Shown here: positions 37,414 to 47,219 of the stretch, piece after piece
Position numbering within the stretch: position 1 is the stretch's first letter
How the letters are laid out: every line of letters starts with the position of its first letter
Program-made: the position numbers and the translations under genes
Assembly: GCA_963169815.1 (NCBI GenBank)
Contig: CAUJDC010000025.1
Coordinates: 1-52,027 of the forward strand
Length of the DNA stretch: 52,027 bases
Direction: 5' to 3'
Source of the DNA: Patescibacteria group bacterium
GTDB lineage: Bacteria; Patescibacteriota; Gracilibacteria; UBA1369
Notes under the pieces: generated by a model
The model's input: only the letters and a program-made list of their open reading frames with translations
Database searches by the model: none
What the model was told of the DNA's origin: nothing

Positions 37414-39174
37414 GTGACTGAACAAGAGAAGTCTCCAGTGCTCCCTAAAAAAGTTCCTGGACCAAATTTATTCGCTCTACTCAAGCCATATACCAAGTGG
37501 ATAGTACTTTTATTGGTACTGACTTTCCTGAGTAATGGGTTAAGCATATTTATCCCCAAAATAATTGCTGGCGGTATTGATAGTCTCGGCAAAGAGGGTT
37601 TTGATTTAATGTTTTTCGTTTGGCAGTTTTGGGGAGTGACAGCGACAATTTTCGTGATCTCCTATTTACAAATTTTGGTGCAAACTCACGCTGCTGAAAC
37701 TGTGGCCAGAGATTTGCGCGCTAAGGTGTCTGATAAAATTTCACAGCAGGACTTTATTTATGTACAAAATGTTACTCCGGCTAAATTGCTCACCAATCTG
37801 ACTTCAGATATAGATGGTGTAAAAAGTTTTGTTTCACTGGCAATAGTTTCAATTGCTTCCGCGGTTTTCATGATTATTGGTTCCAGCACGATGTTGCTGT
37901 TAACTGATTGGAAATTAGCTTTAGTGGTACTCTTGGTCTTACCAATTATCGCTGTAACTTACTTCATAGTTTTCTCAAAAGTAAGAGTACTATTCATGCA
38001 GGGCCAAAAAGTGATTGATAAACTAAATAAAGTTATTAATGAAAGTATTTTGGGTGCTGCTTTGATCAGAGTGCTTAATTCTCAAACCCCTGAGTATCAG
38101 AAATTTATAGAAGTTAATGGTGAATCTAGAGGAATTGGTTTGGCTGTGCTTGGCTTGTTTGCCAGTTTAATTCCTGTGGTGGTTTTTGTTTCCAATCTTG
38201 CAACTTTGACCATTCTCATTCTTGGCGGACATTTTGTAATTAATGGAGAAATGACTTTGGGCAGTTTTTCGGCTTTCAATAGTTATATGACTTTTTTGAT
38301 TTTTCCGATTTTAATTATTGGCTTTATGAGTAATGTGATTGCTAGAGCTGCTGCTTGTTATGCTCGTATCGATGAAGTTTTAAAAGCTCCAGTACCGCCA
38401 GCAATGGGTCAGTATAAAAAGGCCCTGACTGGTGAACTTAATGTGCGTGATTTGGAACTTAGATTTGGTGAGAAGGCGGCTTTAAAAGAAGTTAACTTTA
38501 CTATTAAACCTGGTATTAAAACGGCCATAGTTGGTCCAACTGCTGCTGGTAAAACGCAGTTACTATACTTGCTTACTGGCTTGATTCAGCCAACAAGCGG
38601 TGAAATCAAATTTGATGGTCACAAGATTGACGATTTTGATCGTGAGTTTTTCTATAAACAGATTGGTATTGTTTTCCAAGACAGCATTATGTTCAACCAG
38701 TCGATTAAGGAAAATATCGCCTTCAATAATACTGTCACTGATGAAAGTCTCAAGAAGGCAGTTGAAACGGCTGAACTGTCAGATTTTGTGGATTCACTGC
38801 CTGAAGGCTTTGAGACAATAGTTTCTGAAAGAGGTTCTAGTTTGTCTGGAGGTCAGAAGCAGAGAATAATGCTGGCTAGAGCTTTGGCACTCAATCCAAA
38901 AATTCTTTTGCTAGATGATTTCACTGCCCGTATTGATGCTGATACTGAACGTCGAGTGTTACACAATGTGCATGCAAATTATCCCGATCTAACTTTGATT
39001 TCAGTTACACAAAAAATTGCTGCTGTAGAAAATTACGATCAGATCATTGTCTTGATGGAAGGTGAGATTTTGGCTAAGGGCAAGCATCAAGAGTTGCTGC
39101 ATAGTTCGCCAGAATATGTTCAAATTTTTAATTCGCAAAAGAGTACAAGTCAATATGAACTACAAGCTGAATAA
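37414..39174 (+). CDS. ABC exporter, fused permease/ATPase (ABCB/MDR type), subunit 1
   Basis: Six-TM domain followed by an NBD with Walker A GPTAAGKT, signature LSGGQKQR and Walker B LLLDD. The start is GTG. Confidence 0.9.
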   Translation: MTEQEKSPVLPKKVPGPNLFALLKPYTKWIVLLLVLTFLSNGLSIFIPKIIAGGIDSLGKEGFDLMFFVWQFWGVTATIFVISYLQILVQTHAAETVARDLRAKVSDKISQQDFIYVQNVTPAKLLTNLTSDIDGVKSFVSLAIVSIASAVFMIIGSSTMLLLTDWKLALVVLLVLPIIAVTYFIVFSKVRVLFMQGQKVIDKLNKVINESILGAALIRVLNSQTPEYQKFIEVNGESRGIGLAVLGLFASLIPVVVFVSNLATLTILILGGHFVINGEMTLGSFSAFNSYMTFLIFPILIIGFMSNVIARAAACYARIDEVLKAPVPPAMGQYKKALTGELNVRDLELRFGEKAALKEVNFTIKPGIKTAIVGPTAAGKTQLLYLLTGLIQPTSGEIKFDGHKIDDFDREFFYKQIGIVFQDSIMFNQSIKENIAFNNTVTDESLKKAVETAELSDFVDSLPEGFETIVSERGSSLSGGQKQRIMLARALALNPKILLLDDFTARIDADTERRVLHNVHANYPDLTLISVTQKIAAVENYDQIIVLMEGEILAKGKHQELLHSSPEYVQIFNSQKSTSQYELQAE

Positions 39175-40912
39175 TAACAATGAGAGGGAGAAGAAACAGT
39201 CTTTCGCCAGTGCTGCCAGAAAACTTTGGCGATTAGTACCAGGTGAGACTCCTAAATTAGTAATGGCAATGACTGCTGTTATACTAAACTCTTTTCTAAA
39301 TTTACTATCACCGTTCTTGGTGGGATACGCTATTGATCATTATTTTCCTGATCAGAATTTTCAGGGAATAGTTAATATCGGCATGATTTTGATAGGCGTT
39401 TACTTGATGGCTTTTGTCACGCATTTCCTTCAAGTGAAATTGATGGGTGGATTGGGGCAAAGGTTACTTTTCACTTTGAGAAATGTTATTTTCGCTAAAT
39501 TGCAGGCATTGCCACTGGCTTTCTTTAATCAGAACAAAGCAGGGGACTTAATTTCTAGAATTAATAATGATACTGATAACTTGAATCAGTTTTTCTCTCA
39601 GTCATTGATGCAATTTATTGGGTCTATTTTTATCATGACTGGTGCAGCTGTATTTATTCTGGTTTTGAATCTGAAACTGGCTTTGTTTAGTTTAATTCCA
39701 GCTGTATTTATGCTGATTTTTACTAAATTAGTTTCACCTTGGGTTAAATCAAAAAATACCAAAAGTTTACAAAAGATTGGCGGCTTGAGTGCGGAAATTC
39801 AAGAAAGTCTCAGTAACTTTAAGGTGATTGTGGCTTTCAATCGCCGCAATTATTTCCGCGATAAATTCAATGAAGTAAATGAAGAAAATTATCTGGCTGC
39901 GAAAGAGGCTGGAGTAGCCAACAATATTTTTACTCCTGGCTACACGCTCGGCTCTAGTTTGGCTCAATTGGTGGTTTTCTCAGTTGGAGTTTATATGATT
40001 AGTAAAGGTGAACTGACTGTTGGTCTATTGATTGGATTCATCATGTATATGAGTAAATTTTATGATCCAGTTCGTCAGCTGGCTGCAGTTTGGGCGTCTT
40101 TCCAAACTGCAATGGCTGCATGGGATAGAATTTCCAAGATTCTTTCCATGGAATCAGATATGCCGATTATTGTTGACAAGTCTAAGCATGGCCAAAGTTT
40201 ACTTGAACTTGATGATGTTAGTTTTCATTATCCAAATGGTAAGCAGGTTTTGACAAATGTGAATATCTCTTTGGAAAGAGGAAAAATTTACGCTTTAGTT
40301 GGTCCAACTGGTGGTGGTAAAACTACAACAGCTTCGCTGATGGCCAGACTTTTTGATCCGACTTCAGGCAAGGTTTTATTGGATGGTAAAGACATTCGCA
40401 GCTATGACGATGTTGTTAGGACCAAGAAAATTGGTTTTATTTTGCAAGAACCTTATTTATTCACTGGTAATATACGTGAAAATATTGTTTATGGTGATGA
40501 TGAACTCTCCAAGATGTCAGTAGAAGATTTGGATGCGAGACTCAAAGAAACTAATTTGGATCATTTAGCTTCACGCTTTGAAAAGGGCTTGGACACTGCG
40601 GTTCTAAATAATGGAGATTCAATCAGTCTTGGACAACGTCAATTGATTGCTTTCATTCGTGCAGTTTTACGCAAACCAGATTTACTGATTTTGGATGAAG
40701 CCACTGCTAATATCGATACGGTCACGGAACAACTGCTGGAAGAAGTCTTGGCAAAATTACCTCAGCACACAACGCGTGTGGTGATTGCTCATCGTTTGAA
40801 TACAATTCAAAATGCCGATGAAATTTTCTTCGTTAACTCAGGCGAGGTAACTATGGCTGGTTCGTTAGAACACGCTGTGGAAATGTTGCTAAACGATAAG
40901 AGGAAGAGTTAA
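39155..40912 (+). CDS. ABC exporter, fused permease/ATPase, subunit 2
   Basis: Walker A GPTGGGKTT, degenerate signature ISLGQRQL and Walker B LILDEATA. ATG 39155 overlaps the upstream stop and is preferred over the track start at 39062. Confidence 0.9.
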   Translation: MNYKLNNNNEREKKQSFASAARKLWRLVPGETPKLVMAMTAVILNSFLNLLSPFLVGYAIDHYFPDQNFQGIVNIGMILIGVYLMAFVTHFLQVKLMGGLGQRLLFTLRNVIFAKLQALPLAFFNQNKAGDLISRINNDTDNLNQFFSQSLMQFIGSIFIMTGAAVFILVLNLKLALFSLIPAVFMLIFTKLVSPWVKSKNTKSLQKIGGLSAEIQESLSNFKVIVAFNRRNYFRDKFNEVNEENYLAAKEAGVANNIFTPGYTLGSSLAQLVVFSVGVYMISKGELTVGLLIGFIMYMSKFYDPVRQLAAVWASFQTAMAAWDRISKILSMESDMPIIVDKSKHGQSLLELDDVSFHYPNGKQVLTNVNISLERGKIYALVGPTGGGKTTTASLMARLFDPTSGKVLLDGKDIRSYDDVVRTKKIGFILQEPYLFTGNIRENIVYGDDELSKMSVEDLDARLKETNLDHLASRFEKGLDTAVLNNGDSISLGQRQLIAFIRAVLRKPDLLILDEATANIDTVTEQLLEEVLAKLPQHTTRVVIAHRLNTIQNADEIFFVNSGEVTMAGSLEHAVEMLLNDKRKS

Positions 40913-40979
40913 AAAAACACCTACTATTCACACACCTGAGGGGCCCCCGTCCCCTGCGGTGTTTGTAGTAGGTGTTTTT
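40913..40979. terminator. Long bidirectional hairpin between convergent genes
   Basis: AAAAACACCTACTA (40913-40926) pairs with TAGTAGGTGTTTTT (40966-40979). The inner region is GC-rich. Confidence 0.7.
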
Positions 40980-40990
40980 GATGAATAAAA

Positions 40991-41500
40991 TTATTCTTCA
41001 ACAACTAACATACCTTTTTGGCCCATAGCTCTGTGTTGACCAACGCTGCAGTAGTATTCGAATGAACCCGCTTTATCAACTACAAATGAAACGCTATCTG
41101 TTTCACCAGTTTTCACTGTTTTAGTATGCGCATTGAATTCATCAATAGTGAAATTGTGCATACCACCATCATTGCTGAAATTAATAGTTACTGTGTCGCC
41201 TTTTTTAGCATTAATAACATTTGGATTGAAGTAGAAGCTCCCGCCACTCATAGTTACAGTAACTGTTTTGTCGGCGTCCGAACGAACTACGCGAGTTGGA
41301 TCATTAGTTGGAGCATCTTTGCTAGTGCTCATGCTATCCATTGCTATCTTGCCACTGTCAGTGCTATTTGAAGTTTGGGCTGTAGCTTGGGTGTCGGTGT
41401 TTGGAGTTTTGGTTTGTGTGGATGGTTCGCAGGCTGCCAACATTAAAGATCCTGAAGCCAATAACACTAAAAGTTGCTTTGGTAATTTGTGTTGAGACAT
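40991..41500 (-). CDS. Cupredoxin (plastocyanin/halocyanin-like blue copper) lipoprotein
   Basis: Lipobox LMLAAC, a Thr/Ser-rich linker, and type-1 copper ligand pattern ...GGMHNF... and YYCSVGQHRAMGQKGM (H, C, H, M). Confidence 0.8.
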   Translation of the reverse strand: MSQHKLPKQLLVLLASGSLMLAACEPSTQTKTPNTDTQATAQTSNSTDSGKIAMDSMSTSKDAPTNDPTRVVRSDADKTVTVTMSGGSFYFNPNVINAKKGDTVTINFSNDGGMHNFTIDEFNAHTKTVKTGETDSVSFVVDKAGSFEYYCSVGQHRAMGQKGMLVVEE

Positions 41501-41619
41501 ATTTCTGTTGTTAAAAAATTGCTATAGATATTTTTACACTATTTTGGTTAAAAATGTTACAGAAAAATTTGCACATCTGGCCATGTATCTTTAGGATGTC
41601 GTAGCAATTTTAAATCATT

Positions 41620-42927
41620 ATGTTAACACAATTCAGTTTAGATAATGGGCTCCAAGTAGCGGCCTATAACATGCCTAATATTCATTCAATCAGTTTGAGT
41701 CTGATGGTGAAGGGTGGTGCCAGCTTTGATAAGAAAGGTAAAATGGGTACTGCTCATTTACTTGAACATATGCTTTTACAGGGAAGTCCAAGTTTTGCTG
41801 ATGCCCAGGTCATTTCAGAGTTTGTTGAAAGCCGAGCTGGTTATATTAATGCCTTTACTTATTTTGATACGGTTGAGTTGGTCATGAGACTTCCAGATAG
41901 ATATTTAGAAGATATGCTTAAACTAGCTACAGAGATTTTTTATCAACCAACTTTTCCAGAAGAAGCTTTGGTAAAGGAAAGAGCTGTGATGCTTGAAGAA
42001 ATTTATGCCAATTATGAAAGTACTCATGATCGTATTGGTAGATTTTTTTTAGAGGCAAAATATGCTGTTGGATCGCTTTTAAAAAATGAAGTAGTTGGCC
42101 TGCCTGAAGATGTGAAATCGCTCAATATGCAGGATATGAAAGAGCTTTATGAACAGCTAGTTAAAACTGAAAATTCCTATCTATGTTTAGTTGGTAATTT
42201 TGAGAAAGCGGATTTGAAAAAATTAGTTGAAGAATATTTTGGTCCAGTTAAAACAAGCGGTAAATTCGTTGGAGAATTGAGATTTTCTGATAGTGATTTG
42301 AATGAAGATAAATTTCACTGGCGTTCCGATGCTGATCTGAGTTCTGCCTATGTTGATCTGAGTTTTAAAGCTATGCCAAAAGATGCTCCGGTTACAGACT
42401 GGCTGGCGCAACTTGCTGTTATGAATGTTTTGGCCAATCTACAAAGAAGTCGCCTCAATACATCACTCCGTTTTGAAAAAGGCCTCGTTTATTCAATCGC
42501 TATCAGCCCGATTGCCATGCCTGGGTTTGGTATGAATAATTTGCCTTTTGAATGCCGTCCAGAAAATGTAAAAACAGTTTTGGAAGAAATAGTGAATGAA
42601 TTGATTAAAATTAAGCAGAATGGTTTAACGCAGGAAGAATTTACATATATTCAGAATTACGGGATTGATACTTTAATGATGCAGTTTGATAGTGTAGGAG
42701 CGGTCATGGATACTCTCAAGCAGGATCTGCTTTGGGAAGATAAGATCTATTTACCCGAAGATACCATTGCTACTATTAAGGCAGCTAGTTTGGATGATGT
42801 TAATGCTGTGATCAAGCAGTACTGGGACTATAAAACGGCAAATTTATCTATACAAATTGCTGGTGTAGTAACTGAAGATGAGCAAAAATATTATCTGGAA
42901 TTACTTGAAAAACTACAAAATGCCTAA
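41620..42927 (+). CDS. M16 family (insulinase-like) zinc peptidase
   Basis: Inverted zinc motif HLLEH (GTAHLLEHMLLQG) and two-domain length. Confidence 0.85.
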   Translation: MLTQFSLDNGLQVAAYNMPNIHSISLSLMVKGGASFDKKGKMGTAHLLEHMLLQGSPSFADAQVISEFVESRAGYINAFTYFDTVELVMRLPDRYLEDMLKLATEIFYQPTFPEEALVKERAVMLEEIYANYESTHDRIGRFFLEAKYAVGSLLKNEVVGLPEDVKSLNMQDMKELYEQLVKTENSYLCLVGNFEKADLKKLVEEYFGPVKTSGKFVGELRFSDSDLNEDKFHWRSDADLSSAYVDLSFKAMPKDAPVTDWLAQLAVMNVLANLQRSRLNTSLRFEKGLVYSIAISPIAMPGFGMNNLPFECRPENVKTVLEEIVNELIKIKQNGLTQEEFTYIQNYGIDTLMMQFDSVGAVMDTLKQDLLWEDKIYLPEDTIATIKAASLDDVNAVIKQYWDYKTANLSIQIAGVVTEDEQKYYLELLEKLQNA

Positions 42928-43705
42928 AAAAACTTCTGGTCACGCACATCATCCTACTCATGAAACTGTGGCTTTGGCCCAGCATCACGGTGAGAATAAA
43001 ATTAGCAATACAGGGGAATTACTCAGCGACGTAATTTTGGGAGGACAGGATGGTTTGGTAAATACTTTGGGAGTGATTTTAGGCTTGGCTGCGGCCAGTT
43101 CTGATTTTAGAATAGTGGTGGCTGGAGGCCTTGCTGGTGCAATTGCTGAAGCGGTTTCCATGGGCGCAGTAGGATATACCAGTAAAATGGCTGAACGTGA
43201 TTATTATATGAGTGAGCTGGCCCGTGAGGATTATGAAATTGAAAATATGCCTCAGGAAGAAATTCAAGAAATTCGCGAAATTTATGAAAAGAAAGGTTTT
43301 AAAGGGGATTTACTGGAAGAAGTGGTGAAGGTTTTAACTTCCAATAAAAAAGTTTGGCTACATACGATGATGAGAGAAGAGTTAGGCCTCACTCCAGTTC
43401 AAGATGGGCGTCCTTTGAAAGCGGCGATCGTGATTGGACTTGCTTCTTTTGTGGGAGCGGCTATTCCACTTATTCCATTCTTGGTCTTTTATATGGCTAA
43501 GTGGCGATTTGATGGAGCTATGACTACTGCAGTTGGGGTGGCTTTGGGAGTTTCGGCACTAACTTTATTTATTGTTGGCGCTATTAAGTCTAAACTGACG
43601 GTAGGTAAATGGTATAAGAGTGGTACACAGATGCTGGTTATTGGTATCTTGTCAGCTTTAATCGGATACCTGATCGGTTTGGCTTTCCAGGGTTCAGTGG
43701 CATAA
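42920..43705 (+). CDS. VIT1/CCC1 family iron/manganese transporter
   Basis: His-rich N-terminus, VILGGQDGLVNTLGVILGLA, and C-terminal TM helices. ATG 42920 overlaps the upstream stop. Confidence 0.8.
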   Translation: MPKKTSGHAHHPTHETVALAQHHGENKISNTGELLSDVILGGQDGLVNTLGVILGLAAASSDFRIVVAGGLAGAIAEAVSMGAVGYTSKMAERDYYMSELAREDYEIENMPQEEIQEIREIYEKKGFKGDLLEEVVKVLTSNKKVWLHTMMREELGLTPVQDGRPLKAAIVIGLASFVGAAIPLIPFLVFYMAKWRFDGAMTTAVGVALGVSALTLFIVGAIKSKLTVGKWYKSGTQMLVIGILSALIGYLIGLAFQGSVA

Positions 43706-43737
43706 GCTATACTGATGAGGAATTTTAAAATCAAAAA

Positions 43738-44901
43738 ATGATTAAAAAGAAGGAGCATCACGTCTTTGATCGTAATTCACTGATCATAGAAAAATTACCA
43801 GCTTACTTACTGTTTGCCGCTATAATTTGGATAGCTTGGAATTTGCTGATTGTTGTACAGCCATTCTTGATGGTACTAATTTTCTCGGCGATTGTGGCTA
43901 CGGTTACTTTTCCAATATATACTCGTTTTGAGAAATGGTTTAAAGGTCGTAAGGCTTTGGCTTCAATCGTTACTTGCTTATTGGTGATATTTGCTATAAT
44001 TATACCTATTACTTTGTTTATGCTGGTTTTGGCTGGGCAAGTAGTAGACCTTTATAAAATTGTGAATAATTTCCTACAAAGCACTGACTTTACTTCTTTG
44101 ATGAAATGGCAAAAAGGCAATTTCTTCTACGACATTTCTGGTACGCATAGCACTGAGGTAATGGCTTTTATCCAACAAAACATGGAAAGCCTTAAAAATG
44201 GTCTGACAGAATCAGCCAAGTTTATTAGTACTTTTGCTGCTAAGCAAAGTGCCAAACTCGCAGCAGACCTTGCGCTGACTATCTTTAACCTCCTGTTAAT
44301 GGGTTTTTCTCTCTATTTCTTCTATGTGGATGGCCGTCAAATTCTGAAGAGACTAATGATTCTCTCGCCAATTCCGATGGAATATGAAAAGGAAATTTTT
44401 AGGAAATTTGATGAAATCAGCCGTGCTACTTTATTCGGTACATTTATGACGGCTGTGGCGCAGGGTTTAGTGGCTTGGATTGGCTTTGCTATAGCTGGTG
44501 TGCCAAGCGCTTTCTTCTGGGCAACGGCAGTTTCGATCTTCTCATTAGTCCCAACTATTGGTACTTCAATAGTTTGGCTGCCAATGGGTGTGATTATGTT
44601 ACTAAGCGGCAATCTCTGGGGCGCCTTTGTACTGATTTGGGGAATAAGTCTGGTCAGTACTGTTGATAATGTTTTAAGAGTAGTTTTCCTCAGCAGCGCT
44701 ACTAATTTGAATCCATTACTTACTTTTATCTCAATTTTCGGTGGAATTTTGGCTTTTGGACTAATAGGAGTGGTCTTTGGGCCAATGTTATTGGTGCTTT
44801 TCCTCACTCTACTACACATTTATGAGCTAGAGTATGCGGAATTTCTGGGAAATACTGAAGAATTGGGCTTAGATGATCCGGTTTTTCCTGCTGATAAGTA
44901 G
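43738..44901 (+). CDS. AI-2E/PerM (UPF0118) family transporter
   Basis: Eight-TM-like architecture with motif-like regions FGTFMTAVAQGLVAWIGF and VPTIGTSIVWLP. Confidence 0.8.
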   Translation: MIKKKEHHVFDRNSLIIEKLPAYLLFAAIIWIAWNLLIVVQPFLMVLIFSAIVATVTFPIYTRFEKWFKGRKALASIVTCLLVIFAIIIPITLFMLVLAGQVVDLYKIVNNFLQSTDFTSLMKWQKGNFFYDISGTHSTEVMAFIQQNMESLKNGLTESAKFISTFAAKQSAKLAADLALTIFNLLLMGFSLYFFYVDGRQILKRLMILSPIPMEYEKEIFRKFDEISRATLFGTFMTAVAQGLVAWIGFAIAGVPSAFFWATAVSIFSLVPTIGTSIVWLPMGVIMLLSGNLWGAFVLIWGISLVSTVDNVLRVVFLSSATNLNPLLTFISIFGGILAFGLIGVVFGPMLLVLFLTLLHIYELEYAEFLGNTEELGLDDPVFPADK

Positions 44902-44923
44902 ATTTTGGCTTGAAGTAAAGGAA

Positions 44924-44992
44924 AGAGGTCTGTATTAGGCCTCTTTTTTTGTGCAGTATATATGTTGACGAATACTGAGCTTGTGTTATAAT
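44924..44992 (+). promoter_or_regulatory. Terminator hairpin followed by consensus-like promoter for the SLH gene
   Basis: The hairpin is AGAGGTCT (44924-44931) / AGGCCTCT (44937-44944) plus a T run. The promoter is TTGACG (44965-44970), a 16-nt spacer, then TATAAT (44987-44992). Confidence 0.55.
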
Positions 44993-45018
44993 GTATAGAT
45001 TTAAGATAAAACACAAAA

Positions 45019-45804
45019 GTGAGGATAAAAGATATATTTAACAAACAGGTGAAATTAGAGAAAAATGAGGCTTTAGGTGGTGGTTATGCTAAATCAGATA
45101 AGCATGCGGCAGCTAAGGTCTTTGTTTTCATGCCTATTGCGGTCGTGCTTTCAGCAGTAATTATCATTGCTGCGGTATTTGGGGTGCCCAGAACTATGGA
45201 TTTATTCAAAGGTGCCTTGGATAGCGTTTATGACAATCATGAAGAGATAAAAAATGCCGCTGAAGAGGTTTTATTTGAGGATGTGAAAGCTGACTCAAAA
45301 TATTATGACTCCTTGGTTTATTTGAAGAAAAATGGGGTGATTAATGGTTATGAAGACCATACTTTTAGGCCAGATCAAAGTTTGAAGAGGGCTGATTTGG
45401 TCAAGATTATTGTCAGTGCGAAAAAACAATTCCCTCTAGCTTTGAATTATAACAATTGTTTCAAAGATGTTAGAAATGAATGGTTTGCAGCATCTGTTTG
45501 TTTGGCTAAAGATAAAGGCTGGATTGGTGGCAAGATTGATGGAAAATTCCACCCAGAAGACGATGTTAGTAGGTCTGAAGGCTTGAAAATGTTAATTGGA
45601 GCTTTTGATGTTAAACGTGTTTCCGACAAAGTTATTGACAGTTATGAAGACGTGAAACCAGATGACTGGTTCAATAGCGATATCGAAATTGCTTTAGAAA
45701 GAGGCATTTTAACCGATAATCCTACTTTGGAATTCTTTAAACCAAATGAACCGCTCACCAGAGGCGATGCGGCTCAAATGCTTTACAGAATCTTACAGTT
45801 ATAA
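45019..45804 (+). CDS. S-layer homology (SLH) domain surface protein
   Basis: N-terminal TM anchor followed by SLH repeats (FEDVKADSKYYDSLVYLKKNGVINGYEDHTFRPDQSLKRADLVKII, with further copies). The start is GTG. Confidence 0.8.
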   Translation: MRIKDIFNKQVKLEKNEALGGGYAKSDKHAAAKVFVFMPIAVVLSAVIIIAAVFGVPRTMDLFKGALDSVYDNHEEIKNAAEEVLFEDVKADSKYYDSLVYLKKNGVINGYEDHTFRPDQSLKRADLVKIIVSAKKQFPLALNYNNCFKDVRNEWFAASVCLAKDKGWIGGKIDGKFHPEDDVSRSEGLKMLIGAFDVKRVSDKVIDSYEDVKPDDWFNSDIEIALERGILTDNPTLEFFKPNEPLTRGDAAQMLYRILQL

Positions 45805-45805
45805 A

Positions 45806-46453
45806 TTATTTAGCTAATTCAGCGTCGATAGCATCAGTGAAGACTTTGACGTCTTGAGCACCTACAATCATTTGATCATTGATCATGAACATTGGTGTAC
45901 CACGGAAATTCTTGGCAATTGATTCATTGTAATCGATGTCGACATTTTTCTGAAGTTTCTTGGTATCCAAACAGGTAGCAAATTGGTCTGTATTTAGATT
46001 GAGTTCTGCAGCCATTTGTTTGAACATGTCGAGATGGCTTGGTTGCCCAGACCATTGCGCTTGTCTTTCGAAAAGTAAGTCATGCATTTCCCAGAATTTA
46101 CCTTGTTCGAGAGCACATTCAGAAGCAAGAGCAGCAGCTGGAGCTTGAGGGTGAATATTTAATGGGAAGTGCTTATAAACAAATTTTACTTTACCTGTAT
46201 CAATATAATCTTTGATTATAGTTGGAAGGCTATCAATAAAGAAAGAATGACAAAGTGGGCATTGGAAATCGCTATATTCAGTGACAGTAACTTTAGCGTT
46301 TTGATTGCCCATCACTTTGATTGAACCTTCTTCTGTGATTTGTGGAACAGCTTGTCCTCCTAGGCTGGCAAAATTAACTTTACTTATTAAGAAGCCGATG
46401 ATCAGACCGAACAAAAATACACTTAATAGTTTGAAAAAATTGTCTCTTGGCAT
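45806..46453 (-). CDS. DsbA-like thioredoxin-fold thiol:disulfide oxidoreductase
   Basis: N-terminal anchor and active site CPLC (FQCPLCHSF). Confidence 0.85.
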   Translation of the reverse strand: MPRDNFFKLLSVFLFGLIIGFLISKVNFASLGGQAVPQITEEGSIKVMGNQNAKVTVTEYSDFQCPLCHSFFIDSLPTIIKDYIDTGKVKFVYKHFPLNIHPQAPAAALASECALEQGKFWEMHDLLFERQAQWSGQPSHLDMFKQMAAELNLNTDQFATCLDTKKLQKNVDIDYNESIAKNFRGTPMFMINDQMIVGAQDVKVFTDAIDAELAK

Positions 46454-46475
46454 GAAAGTTTTTGTTATTTTGATT

Positions 46476-47219
46476 TTAGAAGAAAAGTAACTTGTTATTA
46501 GTGTAAATAAAATTTAACCAATTGACAATGTTTCCGAGGTTGGAAGTTAGCATCAAGAATCCAATCACAATCAAAAGTATCCCAGCTATACGATTGCTGT
46601 AATGATAAATTTGTTTATTCTTGGCAAAAAACTTACTGAAATAATCCAATGATAAAGCCATCATAATCAGCGGCAAAGTGAAGCCAATTGAGTAAATAAT
46701 GAAGTAAAAAACTGACCAGCCAGCGGTTCCACTTACCAGGCCTAGAGTAATGATCGCCCCAATAATTGGACCATAGCAAGGAGTCCAACTGATAGCAAAC
46801 AATGCGCCAATGGCCATAGCCCGCAGGTAATGTGGTAAATTTTTATGCACAACTTTTTGATCTGCCCGGAATTCCTGCTGTAAAAAATTTAATTTAATTA
46901 AGCCAGTTTGAATAACTCCCAAGATAATCAAAACTATCCCGGCGATTTTCTGCAGAATTAACTGATTTTGGATGAGGAAACTGCTAATACTTCCAGCTAT
47001 TAAACCAAACATGGCAAAAATTAAACAGAAACCAAAACTGAAGGCCAAAGTGCTTAGTAATACTTCGCGACGATGATTTTTGTTTTTACTCTCAACCACA
47101 CTAAGACCTGTGAAGAAGGCGATGAAGCCTGGCAGTACCGGCATAATGCATGGTGAAAGTACTGATAAAATACCGCCGAGGAGAGTGATTAGAATTTGCC
47201 AAATAGAGAAATGATCCAT
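46476..47219 (-). CDS. ccdA: CcdA/DsbD-type transmembrane electron transfer protein
   Basis: Conserved Cys motifs LSPCIMPVLPGF and WTPCYGPI. ATG 47219 is preferred over the track start at 47279. Confidence 0.85.
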   Translation of the reverse strand: MDHFSIWQILITLLGGILSVLSPCIMPVLPGFIAFFTGLSVVESKNKNHRREVLLSTLAFSFGFCLIFAMFGLIAGSISSFLIQNQLILQKIAGIVLIILGVIQTGLIKLNFLQQEFRADQKVVHKNLPHYLRAMAIGALFAISWTPCYGPIIGAIITLGLVSGTAGWSVFYFIIYSIGFTLPLIMMALSLDYFSKFFAKNKQIYHYSNRIAGILLIVIGFLMLTSNLGNIVNWLNFIYTNNKLLFF

